DNA from: a virus
Lineage: Duplodnaviria; Caudoviricetes
Reading direction: 5' to 3' (one strand)
IMG/VR virus record: IMGVR_UViG_3300037483_001167
Location: 1-37,184 of that record
DNA: 37,184 bases
Part shown: positions 1-9,600 of the stretch, piece after piece
How positions within the stretch are numbered: the first letter of the stretch is position 1
How the letters are laid out: every line of letters starts with the position of its first letter
Notes under the pieces: generated by a model
Databases searched by the model: none
Told to the model about the DNA's origin: nothing
What the model saw: only the letters and a program-made list of their open reading frames with translations
Position numbers and translations under genes: made by a program

Positions 1-221
1 CCTGACAAAGGACGGCGCCCGGCTCTTTGGGCCCGGGACTGAGACTTTACCGCGAATCCGGCAGCAGCACCAGTGAGGACCCGTATATTGTTCCCGGAGA
101 CCCTCGGCCCCGACCGGGGAAGAAGCAAAATTTGACCGACTGAAACGATTGACGGCACCATTTGGTTTGTGATCGACCTCCCCTGATCATCAGATCATCA
201 CGCCGGGGGCGCACAAAACAA

Positions 222-250
222 AAGGGGTTACGCCGACGGCGTAACCCCTT
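222..250 (-). terminator. Intrinsic terminator downstream of the tRNA 3' end (host side)
   Basis: Perfect 13-bp stem AAGGGGTTACGCC/GGCGTAACCCCTT with 3-nt loop; A-rich run at 214-223 gives a U-tract on the minus strand; lies 10 nt past the tRNA CCA end. Confidence 0.85.
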
Positions 251-260
251 GTTTCTGTCA

Positions 261-307
261 TGGTGCGCGATGCAAGATTCGAACTTGCGACCTTTGGCTT
301 CGGAGGC
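261..307 (-). tRNA. Partial tRNA-Arg(CCG), 3' half only; prophage attachment-site core
   Basis: Minus strand reads GC-CTCCGAA-GCCAA-AGGTC-GCAAG-TTCGAAT-CTTGC-ATCGCGC-ACCA (anticodon loop CCG, T-arm, acceptor 3' strand, CCA). No D-arm or complete 5' anticodon stem upstream; integrase adjacent. Confidence 0.85.
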
Positions 308-373
308 GACATTCGGGCAAACTCTTATACTGCCCGCCGTTGCCGCATGTTGCCTGAAACAAGCCGTTATCCC

Positions 374-403
374 TTGACTTTACACACCCTTGCGCTGTAT
401 TGT
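374..403 (+). promoter_or_regulatory. Possible sigma70-type promoter for the integrase
   Basis: TTGACT-18 nt-TATTGT about 70 nt upstream of ATG 473. Confidence 0.4.
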
Positions 404-448
404 CCTGCCTTATGCTGACGATTGCCGAACGTCGAAGCCGAGGCGTTC

Positions 449-468
449 GGCACACACCAGGGCACACA
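449..468 (+). repeat. Direct repeat GGCACACA-N4-GGCACACA, likely integrase arm-type binding sites
   Basis: Two identical 8-mers between att core and int start; paired arm sites are typical for integrases with an N-terminal arm-binding domain. Confidence 0.55.
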
Positions 469-472
469 TTTT

Positions 473-1624
473 ATGAAGTTCACAGACCGCTACATCGACA
501 AGCTCAAGCCGAGGGAAAAGCGCTTTGAGATTCTGGAGGCAAGCGGCTTCACCCTCACCGTCTACCCCTCCGGGGTCAAGACCTTCTTTTACGTCTACAA
601 ATCCGGCGGGAAGAACAAGCGGCTCAAGCTGGGGCGCTATCCCCACTGTTCCCTCTCCGAGGCCCGCAAGCGGCATCGGGAGGCGCTGGATCAGCGGCAC
701 GAGGGGGAGGACCCCGCCGAGGAGAAGAGGCGACGCCGGCAGGAAACCCTCTGCGCCCCCACTGTGGAGGAGTTAGCCGACGCCTACGTCGAGCGGCACG
801 CCCGCCCGAACAAGAAAAGCTGGGAAAAGGATCGCTATATCCTGGACAAGGACGTGATCCCAGCTTGGGGGACGAGAAAGGCTTCCGAGATCCGCAAGCG
901 CGACGTGATCCTGCTGCTGGAGAAGATTGTCGAGCGGGGCTCCCCCAATCAGAGCGGCCAGGTTCTCAAGATCGTGCGGAGGATGTTCAACTTCGCCGTG
1001 GAGCGCGACATACTGGAGTCGTCCCCCTGTTTCATGGTCAGGCCCATAGCTCCCAGTATTACCAAGGATCGGGCGCTGTCGAAAGAGGAGATCGCGGCGT
1101 TCTGGAGCGTCCTCGATGTCACCAGGATGGCCGAGGAGATGAAGCGGGGGCTGCGGCTCATCCTGGTCACCGGGCAGCGCCCGGGAGAGGTCTTCGGGAT
1201 GCACCGCCGCGAGATCAGAGGGAACTGGTGGACGATCCCCGCCGAGAGGGCCAAGAACAAGCGGGAGCACAGTGTCTGGCTCTCACCCTTGGCGCTGGAT
1301 CTGATCGGCGCCAAGAAAGGTTATATTTTGGGGGAGATGCAGAAGGATGCCCCGGCCCGGGCCGTGCGGCGTTTGGTGACCCCCCAGGGGAGGGAAAAGG
1401 CGATCCGACTCAAGATCCCGCCCTTCACGCCGCACGACCTGCGAAGGACCTGCGCCACCCACCTGGGAGGGCTGGGGTATTCTAACGAACAGATCGGACG
1501 GCTCCTGAACCATGTGGAAGGAACGGTGACGGCCGTCTATAACCGTCACCGCTACGAGGATCTGATAAAAGAGATGGCGCTGGCCTGGGAGGAGAGACTG
1601 AGCGAAATCCTCCGGAAGGGATAG
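473..1624 (+). CDS. int: Tyrosine recombinase / phage integrase with N-terminal arm-DNA-binding domain
   Basis: N-terminus MKFTDRYIDKLKP...LTVYPSGVKTF...LKLGRYP..SLSEAR; catalytic motifs TGQRPGE, AKNK, HDLRR, LNH, VYN; ATG 473 preferred over TTG 422. Confidence 0.95.
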   Translation: MKFTDRYIDKLKPREKRFEILEASGFTLTVYPSGVKTFFYVYKSGGKNKRLKLGRYPHCSLSEARKRHREALDQRHEGEDPAEEKRRRRQETLCAPTVEELADAYVERHARPNKKSWEKDRYILDKDVIPAWGTRKASEIRKRDVILLLEKIVERGSPNQSGQVLKIVRRMFNFAVERDILESSPCFMVRPIAPSITKDRALSKEEIAAFWSVLDVTRMAEEMKRGLRLILVTGQRPGEVFGMHRREIRGNWWTIPAERAKNKREHSVWLSPLALDLIGAKKGYILGEMQKDAPARAVRRLVTPQGREKAIRLKIPPFTPHDLRRTCATHLGGLGYSNEQIGRLLNHVEGTVTAVYNRHRYEDLIKEMALAWEERLSEILRKG

Positions 1625-1625
1625 G

Positions 1626-2162
1626 TTAAGCCCCCTTCTTCTTGCTCATCCTCCGGATTCCGTACCACCACAGCAGCGTCGTCTCGGCCATGCCGACGAT
1701 GGAGAACACCACTTCCCTGTAAAGAGTGGCGACTTCATTCAAACTGAATATCTCCACCGAGGCGTTGGTCAATTTCCAGGCGCTCCAGGAGAAGATCACT
1801 GCCACGAGAACCTGATACCAGACGGTGGACAGGGGGCGGATCGCCTTGGAAACGACCTCGACGGCCACGATCCAGTTGAGCTGTTTCGGTGTCAACTCGG
1901 CGTCGCCCGGCAGGAGCTTGTCGTTGTTGAACCGGTAGGACTCGTCGAACGTTTTCTGCTCGGCCTCTCCCTGCCGTATCCGGCCCTCGACCGTGGTCTT
2001 CTGGATGGCCAGAGACGCTTCTTTTTCCATGACCGCCAGGTCGTGGACCCGCTCCTTTTGCCGCTCCTCGGCCTTGAGCTTATCCTGCTTGTGCTCGGCA
2101 AACTTCTCCATCCCGCTGCCGATCAGCCCGAACAGTGGCCCCGCGATCAACTGCCAAACCAT
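1626..2162 (-). CDS. Membrane protein of the lysis module, putative holin
   Basis: GAGGAGG RBS; N-terminal hydrophobic helix, coiled segment, IRP motif then two hydrophobic segments ending WWYGIRRMSKKK; follows the putative lysin. Confidence 0.6.
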   Translation of the reverse strand: MVWQLIAGPLFGLIGSGMEKFAEHKQDKLKAEERQKERVHDLAVMEKEASLAIQKTTVEGRIRQGEAEQKTFDESYRFNNDKLLPGDAELTPKQLNWIVAVEVVSKAIRPLSTVWYQVLVAVIFSWSAWKLTNASVEIFSLNEVATLYREVVFSIVGMAETTLLWWYGIRRMSKKKGA

Positions 2163-2593
2163 AACGCCTCCTCTGTCTCATCTTCGACCAACAGCCGGAA
2201 AGGGCGCCCGGCCAGGCGGTCCATAAGCTGGCGGACGACGGGCCTGCTGACCATCACGGCCTGTTGCCCCTCGATCTCGCCGAAATACTTGCCCAGAAGG
2301 ATGCACCCCTCCACGTGGGTGCGGTATCCCAGGCTCACATCCCCTGCGAAGTTTCCCGCATGAAAAAGGATGTAGGAGCGACCGGGAACATTCCTGACTT
2401 CGTAGATCTTCCCGAACCGGGGACTTTCCCTTACGGCCACATCGTATTCGCCGCAAGGAATGCAAGAGACGTTCGGGCGGTTGCCCCGCCAGGGCAGCTC
2501 CATCGTGTTGCAGAAAACTCCGTCGGGCAGAATCAGCACGCCCTTCGTCCCCTGGTCCCCGTGCCGCAGCCGTCTCAGACCGACTCTCACCAT
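2147..2593 (-). CDS. DUF5675-like protein, putative endolysin
   Basis: Motifs GTKGVL, CNTMELPW..N.PNVSCIP.GEY, VPGRSYILFHAGN, EGCILLG; position in lysis module. Confidence 0.8.
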   Translation of the reverse strand: MVRVGLRRLRHGDQGTKGVLILPDGVFCNTMELPWRGNRPNVSCIPCGEYDVAVRESPRFGKIYEVRNVPGRSYILFHAGNFAGDVSLGYRTHVEGCILLGKYFGEIEGQQAVMVSRPVVRQLMDRLAGRPFRLLVEDETEEALWFGS

Positions 2594-2595
2594 TG

Positions 2596-2952
2596 CTACG
2601 CTCCAATGGCTTTCAGTGAATGCCCGGGGTCGATCCGATCGAGGAGCGCGTCGACGGCCGCCGCCAGGGGGTACCGCAGAAAGGGAATGCGCACGTCAAT
2701 GAGCCGGGCGCGGACCTCCCAGTGTAGATATTTGTATGGCAGGGGGATCTTGGTCAAAGGGGTCGTCACTTCGGCCTCCGTCACCACACCGCGGCGCAGC
2801 GCGATCTTGATCCGCATCATCCCCAGACGGTGGGAGATGGTCCTGTCCACGTCCGCGCCCGGGACGAGCACCCCGACGAACTGGTCCAGACCGATCAGCA
2901 GCCCCAGCCAGTAAGGGATGCGCTTTCCGTTGTGCAGAGCATAGAATTTCAC
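2596..2952 (-). CDS. Phage hypothetical protein (lysis region)
   Basis: GTG start with GAGGGAGG RBS; motif LLIGLDQ...D.TISHRLG...DPGH recalls small proteins often seen near phage lysis genes; the longer 3276 start overlaps another gene. Confidence 0.7.
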   Translation of the reverse strand: MKFYALHNGKRIPYWLGLLIGLDQFVGVLVPGADVDRTISHRLGMMRIKIALRRGVVTEAEVTTPLTKIPLPYKYLHWEVRARLIDVRIPFLRYPLAAAVDALLDRIDPGHSLKAIGA

Positions 2953-2980
2953 GCCGTCGCCTCCCTCTTGACGTAGGGGA

Positions 2981-3313
2981 TCACCCGCGGCTCCAGGACA
3001 GCGCCGCCAATACCAGCGAGGCCAGAGCGGCGAAAACCGGAATCGACTTGAACCAGGGTACGGTGTCGGCCTTGCCGGCGATTTTTGTATCCAGATCCCG
3101 GTCGTGACTGAAGAGCATTTCGAGGAGCCGCCGGTCCTCTTCCTGATCGCGCCGCAGGGAAACCAGCTGTTCGCCCTGCCGGGCCAGCGTTTCCATGACC
3201 GTCGTCTGTCGGTCCAGGTGCCGCTCGATCTTCTCGAACGTCTTCTCGTAACGCTCGTTGACCACCCTTTGCGCATTCCAGGCGTCCGTCTTCACACAGG
3301 CCCCCTGCGTCAT
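2981..3313 (-). CDS. Coiled-coil protein with C-terminal transmembrane helix (holin/XhlA-like layout)
   Basis: AAGGGAGG RBS; helical body and hydrophobic C-terminus IPVFAALASLVLAALSW; first gene of lysis block. Confidence 0.7.
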   Translation of the reverse strand: MTQGACVKTDAWNAQRVVNERYEKTFEKIERHLDRQTTVMETLARQGEQLVSLRRDQEEDRRLLEMLFSHDRDLDTKIAGKADTVPWFKSIPVFAALASLVLAALSWSRG

Positions 3314-3332
3314 GCAACCTCCCTTTTATAAA

Positions 3333-3349
3333 TTCACTATGATCATGAA
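3333..3349. promoter_or_regulatory. Operator-like palindrome, copy 1 (TTCACTA-TGA-TCATGAA)
   Basis: 2 mismatches to TTCACTA-N3-TAGTGAA; in the leader of the lysis block. Confidence 0.6.
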
Positions 3350-3381
3350 CAGATCTACCGCAACATTCAGCGGAATTACAA

Positions 3382-3676
3382 TAAAAAATGCCGGGTCCCG
3401 CAGCTTCCGATCCGCCCGGCGCGAATCCTTATGACGCATCGGCGGGGTTGCTATCGCCGTTTAGCCGCTGTCGCTGTCCCCTTTTGGCCCCGCGGTCAAG
3501 GAACATCCCGCCCGTATCGCACGGTTTTGTTTAACGTCGCACAGGCGTCGCGACGGTTTCCGCTGCCCTCCCCTCACCCGGATTCTACGGGAGGCCCTTC
3601 GCCGTGGTGCGTTCCGGTTCCTAGCCCACGATCTACTCCAATTCACCGGGGGGATTTCTCCCGCAGCAGAAAACGT
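3382..3676 (-). ncRNA. Candidate structured non-coding RNA / long 3' UTR ending in a terminator-like hairpin
   Basis: About 290 nt with no credible ORF, many short stems, ending GCCGGG...CCCGGC-ATTTTTT; family not recognised. Confidence 0.3.
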
Positions 3677-6600
3677 TTATTCTTGCCGCCGTAGCTGTTG
3701 CCGGTACAGCAGTTCACGGCGGTCCGGCTTCCACCTCAGCGCCCGGATCAGGGTGCCGCCGTTCAGGTCGGGCACCAGCACGCCGCCCGGCGCTTCCCGG
3801 AGGTCGCGCTTGAATTCGCGGATCGCCTCCATCGCCTCCTGGCGCTCCTCCTGCGTGTCCGCGATCCGCCAGCGGGCCAGCACGTCCGCCTTGCGGTTGG
3901 TCCAGTGCTGCCGAGCCCGGACGGTGTCCCACCGCGCCTCCGATTCCTTCGACGGCCGAAGAGGCATGAAGCCGAAGGCCCGGATGACCCCTTCGCCGGC
4001 GGTATATCTCTCTTGTTTTCCGTCGCCGCCGAAGACCGGCCCCCCGCTCATGGTCGTCGCCCCGTCGGTGGCGTTGCGCACGCCGCGCAGAGCGTTGGCG
4101 ATGAACTGGGGCGATACGTATTCCGCCGCCCGCCAGAAATCCCCCTTGCCGGCCGCATCCATCCCGTAGACTACCTTCTGCGCCATCCCGCCCCAGACCC
4201 CCGTCACCCGCTCGGCCATGCTCTCGTCCTCGGCCGAGAACCAGGGGACATTCACCGCAAGCGCCCGGCTGAAGTTCACCCCGCCGAGCGCCGGAGCCCC
4301 GTGCAGCACGAAGTCCGCGATCTGGTCGCCGAAGTCGGTGTAGTTTCCGGCGGTTTCCCTTAACCACTTCTCCAGCATCCGCAAGGGGCGCTCGCCGAAG
4401 ATCCGGCGATACCACTTGTCCAGGTCGTCGCCGAAGGGGACGGCCGCCAACCCGCCGAAGAGCACCAGGGCGGTGAGCGAGCGCGCCACCACGGCGAACT
4501 CCTTATTTTGGAGACTGGTGAACATCCCCAGTAGATAGTTGTGAGGGTAGCTCTGGAAGGTGTACAGGGTGCGCCCAATCGGCCCCAGCTTGCGCAGCAG
4601 AGCAGGGATGTTTTCCTTGCCGATAACGAAATGCACGTCGTCGGAAAACTTCATCGCCTTCTCCAGCGCCGCCTCTTTACTCAACCCCTCGGCCCGGGCC
4701 ACGCGAAACATGGCCAGCAGGGCCGGTTCGCGGTTCCAGTAGGTCTCCACCATCTGGAAGGGCATCATCGACTTCTCCGTCAGCCAGCGCACGGCCGACT
4801 GCCCCTTCCCCATCACCCCGCCGGTGTCGTCCAGCCCACTCATGGACCGCACGTAGTTGGCGCTGGTGCGACCTTTGCGCGATCCCTCTTCCAGAGCCCA
4901 TCTCTCCTCCTCGGTGAGAATGCTTTCCTTGCCGGCCTTGATGAGCAGGTGGTCCTTGACCACATCGTGCTGCGCCTTGAGCAGCTTGCGGGTGGCTCCC
5001 TTGGTGTGTTTCGAAAGTACCGCCTGCCCCCAGATGTAGTTCTGAGTCCCGTTGAGCGCCGCCGAACTTATCTTAAACCCCAAAAACATCAGGGCCGCGA
5101 AGGAGCGCAGGGTCCCCAGCACCTGGTCGACGTAGGTGGCATTTTTCAGCGCGTCGTCCACGTAGTGTTTCACCCAGATCTTATCCTCGCCCTGATCGGC
5201 AGGAATCTCCCCCATCACCTTGTTTGCCCGCATGGCGAACTCGGCCTTAGAGAGGTATCCCGCCATGCCGCCAACAAACTGGGAGATGATCGCCGGGGTG
5301 TTCTCCGTCTCGTACCCCTCGATCAGATCTTTAGACCGGTGCATCTTGTGTTTGCCAAATCCTCGGACGCTGATCTCCTCGTGCAGGATTTCCAGCATCT
5401 GGTTCTGCAGCCCCAGCGGGTTATCGATACGCCCTGCGGCGTTCAGCTCCTCCACGATTTTGGAGAACAGGGCCTCGATTGAGCGGTGGCTTCCGAGCCC
5501 CATGAAGATCTCTTCCGGAGTGGCCCTGTTCTTCTCCACTCTCACCTCGTAGGCGGCCCCCTCCCTGTAACGCCGCGGGATGAACTCCCTGAGGCGGTTT
5601 TTCCCTAATGCGTCGTCGATATCCGCCTTCAGCCAGTTGGCCCCGCCCTTCGTTTTGGCAGGCCGCATAAAGACCTCGGCGAGCTCTCCGGTCTCGGTGT
5701 CGACCTCGTAGACCTTGACGTGCCACCGCCCGTCCTTGCGCAGGCGCGGCAGATAACCTTTCAGTTTCCCCCAGTCGGCTTTCAGCTCGGCAAGACGGCT
5801 GTCGTACTCCTGTACGCCCTTGTAGGCGTTGAACAGCTCCAGCTTTTGCATCATGGGGTGGTCTTCTCTTTTTTCCAGAAGCTCCACGAGCGTCTTGTAC
5901 CACTGGGCCTTCAGGTGCTTCTCGGCGGTGGTGATCTTCTTGTCGCCAAGCTGCTTTCTCACTTCTCTGAATGCCTCGACGAGGTCCCAGCTCTTATAGT
6001 AGTCGTTTTCCACCTGGGCGGCGGACACACCCCTCTCGATCAGCTGCCGCAGAAGCGTACTCCATGCCTGCGTGTTGTAGGGTTTAATCAGAACGTCGAG
6101 CCTCTTTCTGCTCGACTGGATACCCAGGTAGGCGGCGATGGCCTCCTGGTTAATGCCGAGTCGGCGCTTCACTTCGTCGGCCGAGAGCCCCTCGTCCAGC
6201 AGATCGATCAGCTCCTGGTAGTACTCCTGCCCTTCATGGGGGAGCAGACGCAGCCGCCCCAGGCGGTCGAAGAGCACCTCCGTCGCTTTGGCGATGGTTT
6301 GCCTGGCAGCGAAATACGCCTTCTTCACCACCTCCGCCACAGTCCGACCCAGTGGGTTGTCCGTGCCGTCCAGCTGCTCCTCGGTGTACTCGACGCTCTT
6401 CTCGTCGCCCACCACCAGGATCTTGTCGATATCCCCCTTCTCGTCCTTCTTCGCCCTGCCGTGGTGGTCGCGAAAGCCCTCCAGCCCCTCGTAATCGCCA
6501 TCCGTCGACATAATGTCGACCTTCATCTCGTTGGCGTTGTCACTGCGCTTCAGGGACAGGTCGTAAACGTCCGTGCGGGGCTTCGACTTCTTGCTGTCGT

Positions 6601-9600
6601 AATGGGGGTTGGAGAGCACGCTGGCGAAGCCGGTCTTTAACTCCGGCGGCAGCCAGTCGGAGAAGGATTCAAAGACCATCTTCATTCGCTTCGCAGTGAG
6701 CTTGCCGGCAAAAACCTTTGTCGCCTCGGTTCTATCCCGGACGCTCTGGACTATTGAGAACTTGAAGTCCTCCCCGTCCGTCTCGGCCCGCGTCCCCCCC
6801 ACCGCCTTCATGATCAGCTCGTCCGAAATCCCCGCCGCCCGCAGCTCCCGCAGGATCGCGGCCCCGTCGATGCGCTGCCCCAGATACCCCGCGTCGCGCT
6901 CCTGGGCGTACTTCTCGTACATCCCCTTCCGGGCCTTCTCCCCGTACCGCAAAAGCGCTTTGGCCACGACCGCCCGGGTCTGGGTCAGATCCGAAACATA
7001 GCGCTCCACGCCCTTGCGGGTCGAGAGGAGCTGCAGCGCTCTGGAGAGGAGCGCCACCGCCTTGCGGGCGATGCGCCGGAAGACGGTCGGAGCCGCCTCG
7101 GCCATCTCCTGCCAGAAGAGCTCGTTCATGAAGTTGTGGCCGACCACGTCGCCCACCAGCTCCTCGAACTGCTCGTCCTCGGTGAGGGACGCATAGCGCT
7201 TGTCCGAGAGGGTCGCGCGGTACTCGGCCCAGTTGCGGATCAGCGGCCGCAGTCCGTCCGTCAACTCCTTCCACAGCGCCGGGTCCTCCTTGCGCAGCGA
7301 ATGGGCCAGCTCGTGCCCCGTCAGGCGCAGCAGGTGCTCCGGAGCCGCCACGTTCAGATAGATCAGATCGGGGCGTCCGGGGTGGACGAATCCGCCGACG
7401 ATCCCCGACGGGCGGCCAGCTTCTCCCTGATCGCCTCGTCCGGCCATCCCAGCCCGCGCAGAATCGCCGGCAGGCTGCTTGTCTTGTAATGCCGCAGTAT
7501 CCCCGGCCCCGACAGATCCAGGTCTTCCGGTACCCGGTCCCCGCTGGCGGAAGAAGACGATGGTTTTTCCAAAACTCTTGGCGACTTCCCGCAGGGCATC
7601 GACGTTCCCTCCTTTTACGAAAACTTGCTCCAGGTTCTCCGTCTCCAGCACCTTGCGGATAAACGGCAACGGCCGCGACGGCGTGACGGCCACCTCGCCC
7701 AGGCCCGAGTCGCCGGTCAGGATCGTCTGGCGGACGGAATACAGCGCTACTCCCTTTTCCGTCTCTTTTGTCTCCACCGTCTCGAAGAAACGGTCGAACG
7801 CCGCCCGGATCCCCGGCATCTCCTCCTCGGTCGGATAGGGATAACTCGCCTCCTTCTCCAGCCCCAGCGCCGCCGTCGCCTCCCAGTACTGCTCGGAGAC
7901 GATATTGGCCAGATAGTCGTTCGAGGCGCCCTGGTCCTGCAGCCGGGCGATAACATAGGCCTCGAAGGAACGCGCGGCCTGCTCCAGGTTCGTGGACCAG
8001 TAATCCTTGCTCCGGGTTGCATCGAGCTTTCGGGAGCGCCCTTTCATCCCCGTGGCGGCAATGGCGTCCATGATCCCCTTGAACGCCTGGACCATCTCCG
8101 GACGCACCCCGTCGCCCCTCGGGCTCTCCGTCATGTATCCGTCCCGACGGCCGGTCATGCGGGCGAAATAATTATCGATGCCATGAAAGAGCTCGTGGGC
8201 CAGCGAGCCCGCCCCGTCGCCCTTGGTCAGGTTGATCACGACCGTATCCGGCTCGTAGTGGGCCTTGGCCGCATGCGTCCCCCCCTTGCCCCTGGCGCCG
8301 AACGCCAGACCCAGCTCCCCGTTCAAAAAAAGAGCCTTCGGAGGCAGGTCCAGCACCCCGGCCAGATCCATCAGGGCGTCGTAAGCCTCGTTCAGATCCC
8401 GCTGCCGGCGATCGTTCTCCACGTAGTTACCGAACTGAACTCCGCGCGGAGCAAAGGTCTCGGCAAACGATTCCGGCGTCACGTCGCCGCCGCTGCGGTG
8501 GTCGATCCCCACCCGGGGCGTGTTGCCCTCCCGGCGTTCGGCGGGGATCTCCTTGAACGTCTTCAGTAGACTCTCTAGCTCCGACTGGTTTTGTGCCAGG
8601 TAGGCCCTCGCCTCCTGAACCGTGGCGAAATCCTTGAGACGCACCACATCCCGCCCGAGTTTCTTGCCGATGAAGACTTTTTGGGTGGTCGTGTCCGAGT
8701 AGAGATTAAAGCGCACCTGCTTTTCGGCCTTCTCGTTCAGGTCGGTCTCGCCGAATTTCTTTTTGAAGTCGGCAATCGCCGCCTCCTTCGTGTCCCCCTG
8801 TCCCAGCACGCGCGGCCAGTTGGAGAACGCCGTCGTCTTGGCCTTCTTCTCCACTGCCCAGATGACCTTCGGGGGGTTGTATTGTTTGCCCTCGAAGACC
8901 CCGTAGCTCCCTGCCGAGACATGGATTCCCTTCAGGCTCTTCTCGTGCCCCACCGCCTGGTACAGCTCCGCCCTGCCGGTCAGGGACGGCCTGAGGCGGG
9001 CGACGATCCCTTCCTTGCCGAGAATCTTCTCCGTTTGTTCCCGTGAGAGACTTCCGTCGAGCAGGGCCTGCGCGTTTTCCCTCAGCTCCCCGGTCCGTTC
9101 CGCCCACCCCTTGAGCTTCCACCCCTTCTGGGGCTTGCTGGGGACCTCGTCCCGCAGGGAGCGGACGAAGGCCACCGTCCACGGATCGGCGCCTTCATTG
9201 AGGAGCTTGGCGTAATCGGGCTCGGGCCACGACTTCGAAAGGGGCTCGGCGGCGATATCCGCCTCCATGGCACTCTCCATCTTGTCCCGGTAGGCCTCGG
9301 CGTACATTTTCCGTGCGCCCTCCAGCACCTCCCCAAAATCCCCGATAGCCTCTTTCTTTGTTTCCGCCTTGACCCGCCCCTGTTGCGGCTTTACGGACTC
9401 GGCCACCGGCTGCGCCTGCTCCACCTCGATGTTCGGGTCGAAGACCGCGACGGTCCCTGAGACCTCCATCCAGATATTGTTCGGCCCCAGATCGCTGACG
9501 ACGTGACCGGTTTCCTTGTGGCGCCACTTGAGATACTTGAAGGCGCGGATGCCGAGCTTGGCGAACTTGGGGTCTTCGAAGGACTCGAAGCCCTTGCCTT

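Noticed and set aside
1-220. Host flank and ORF 162..377
   Set aside because: The ORF runs across the terminator and antisense tRNA fragment; no recognisable gene can be supported
261-340. Complete tRNA gene
   Set aside because: The 5' half is missing: GTCGC cannot pair fully with GCCAA and there is no D-arm
3400-3455. c-di-GMP-I (GEMM) riboswitch suggested by GCGGGGTTGC and the nearby GGDEF domain
   Set aside because: No GGCAAA / GNRA-tetraloop P2 / GACGCAAAGC core in the right order; only a generic hairpin
3630-3660. Group I intron suggested by GGTGAATTG
   Set aside because: No downstream core motifs such as GACTA or ATATAGTC, and no interrupted gene
8737-8922. A fifth nested +1-frame ORF (also 7747..8022 and 9082..9336)
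   Set aside because: Weak or absent SD, Ser/Arg/Thr-rich shadow translation, and the main frame there is conserved domain with normal codon bias
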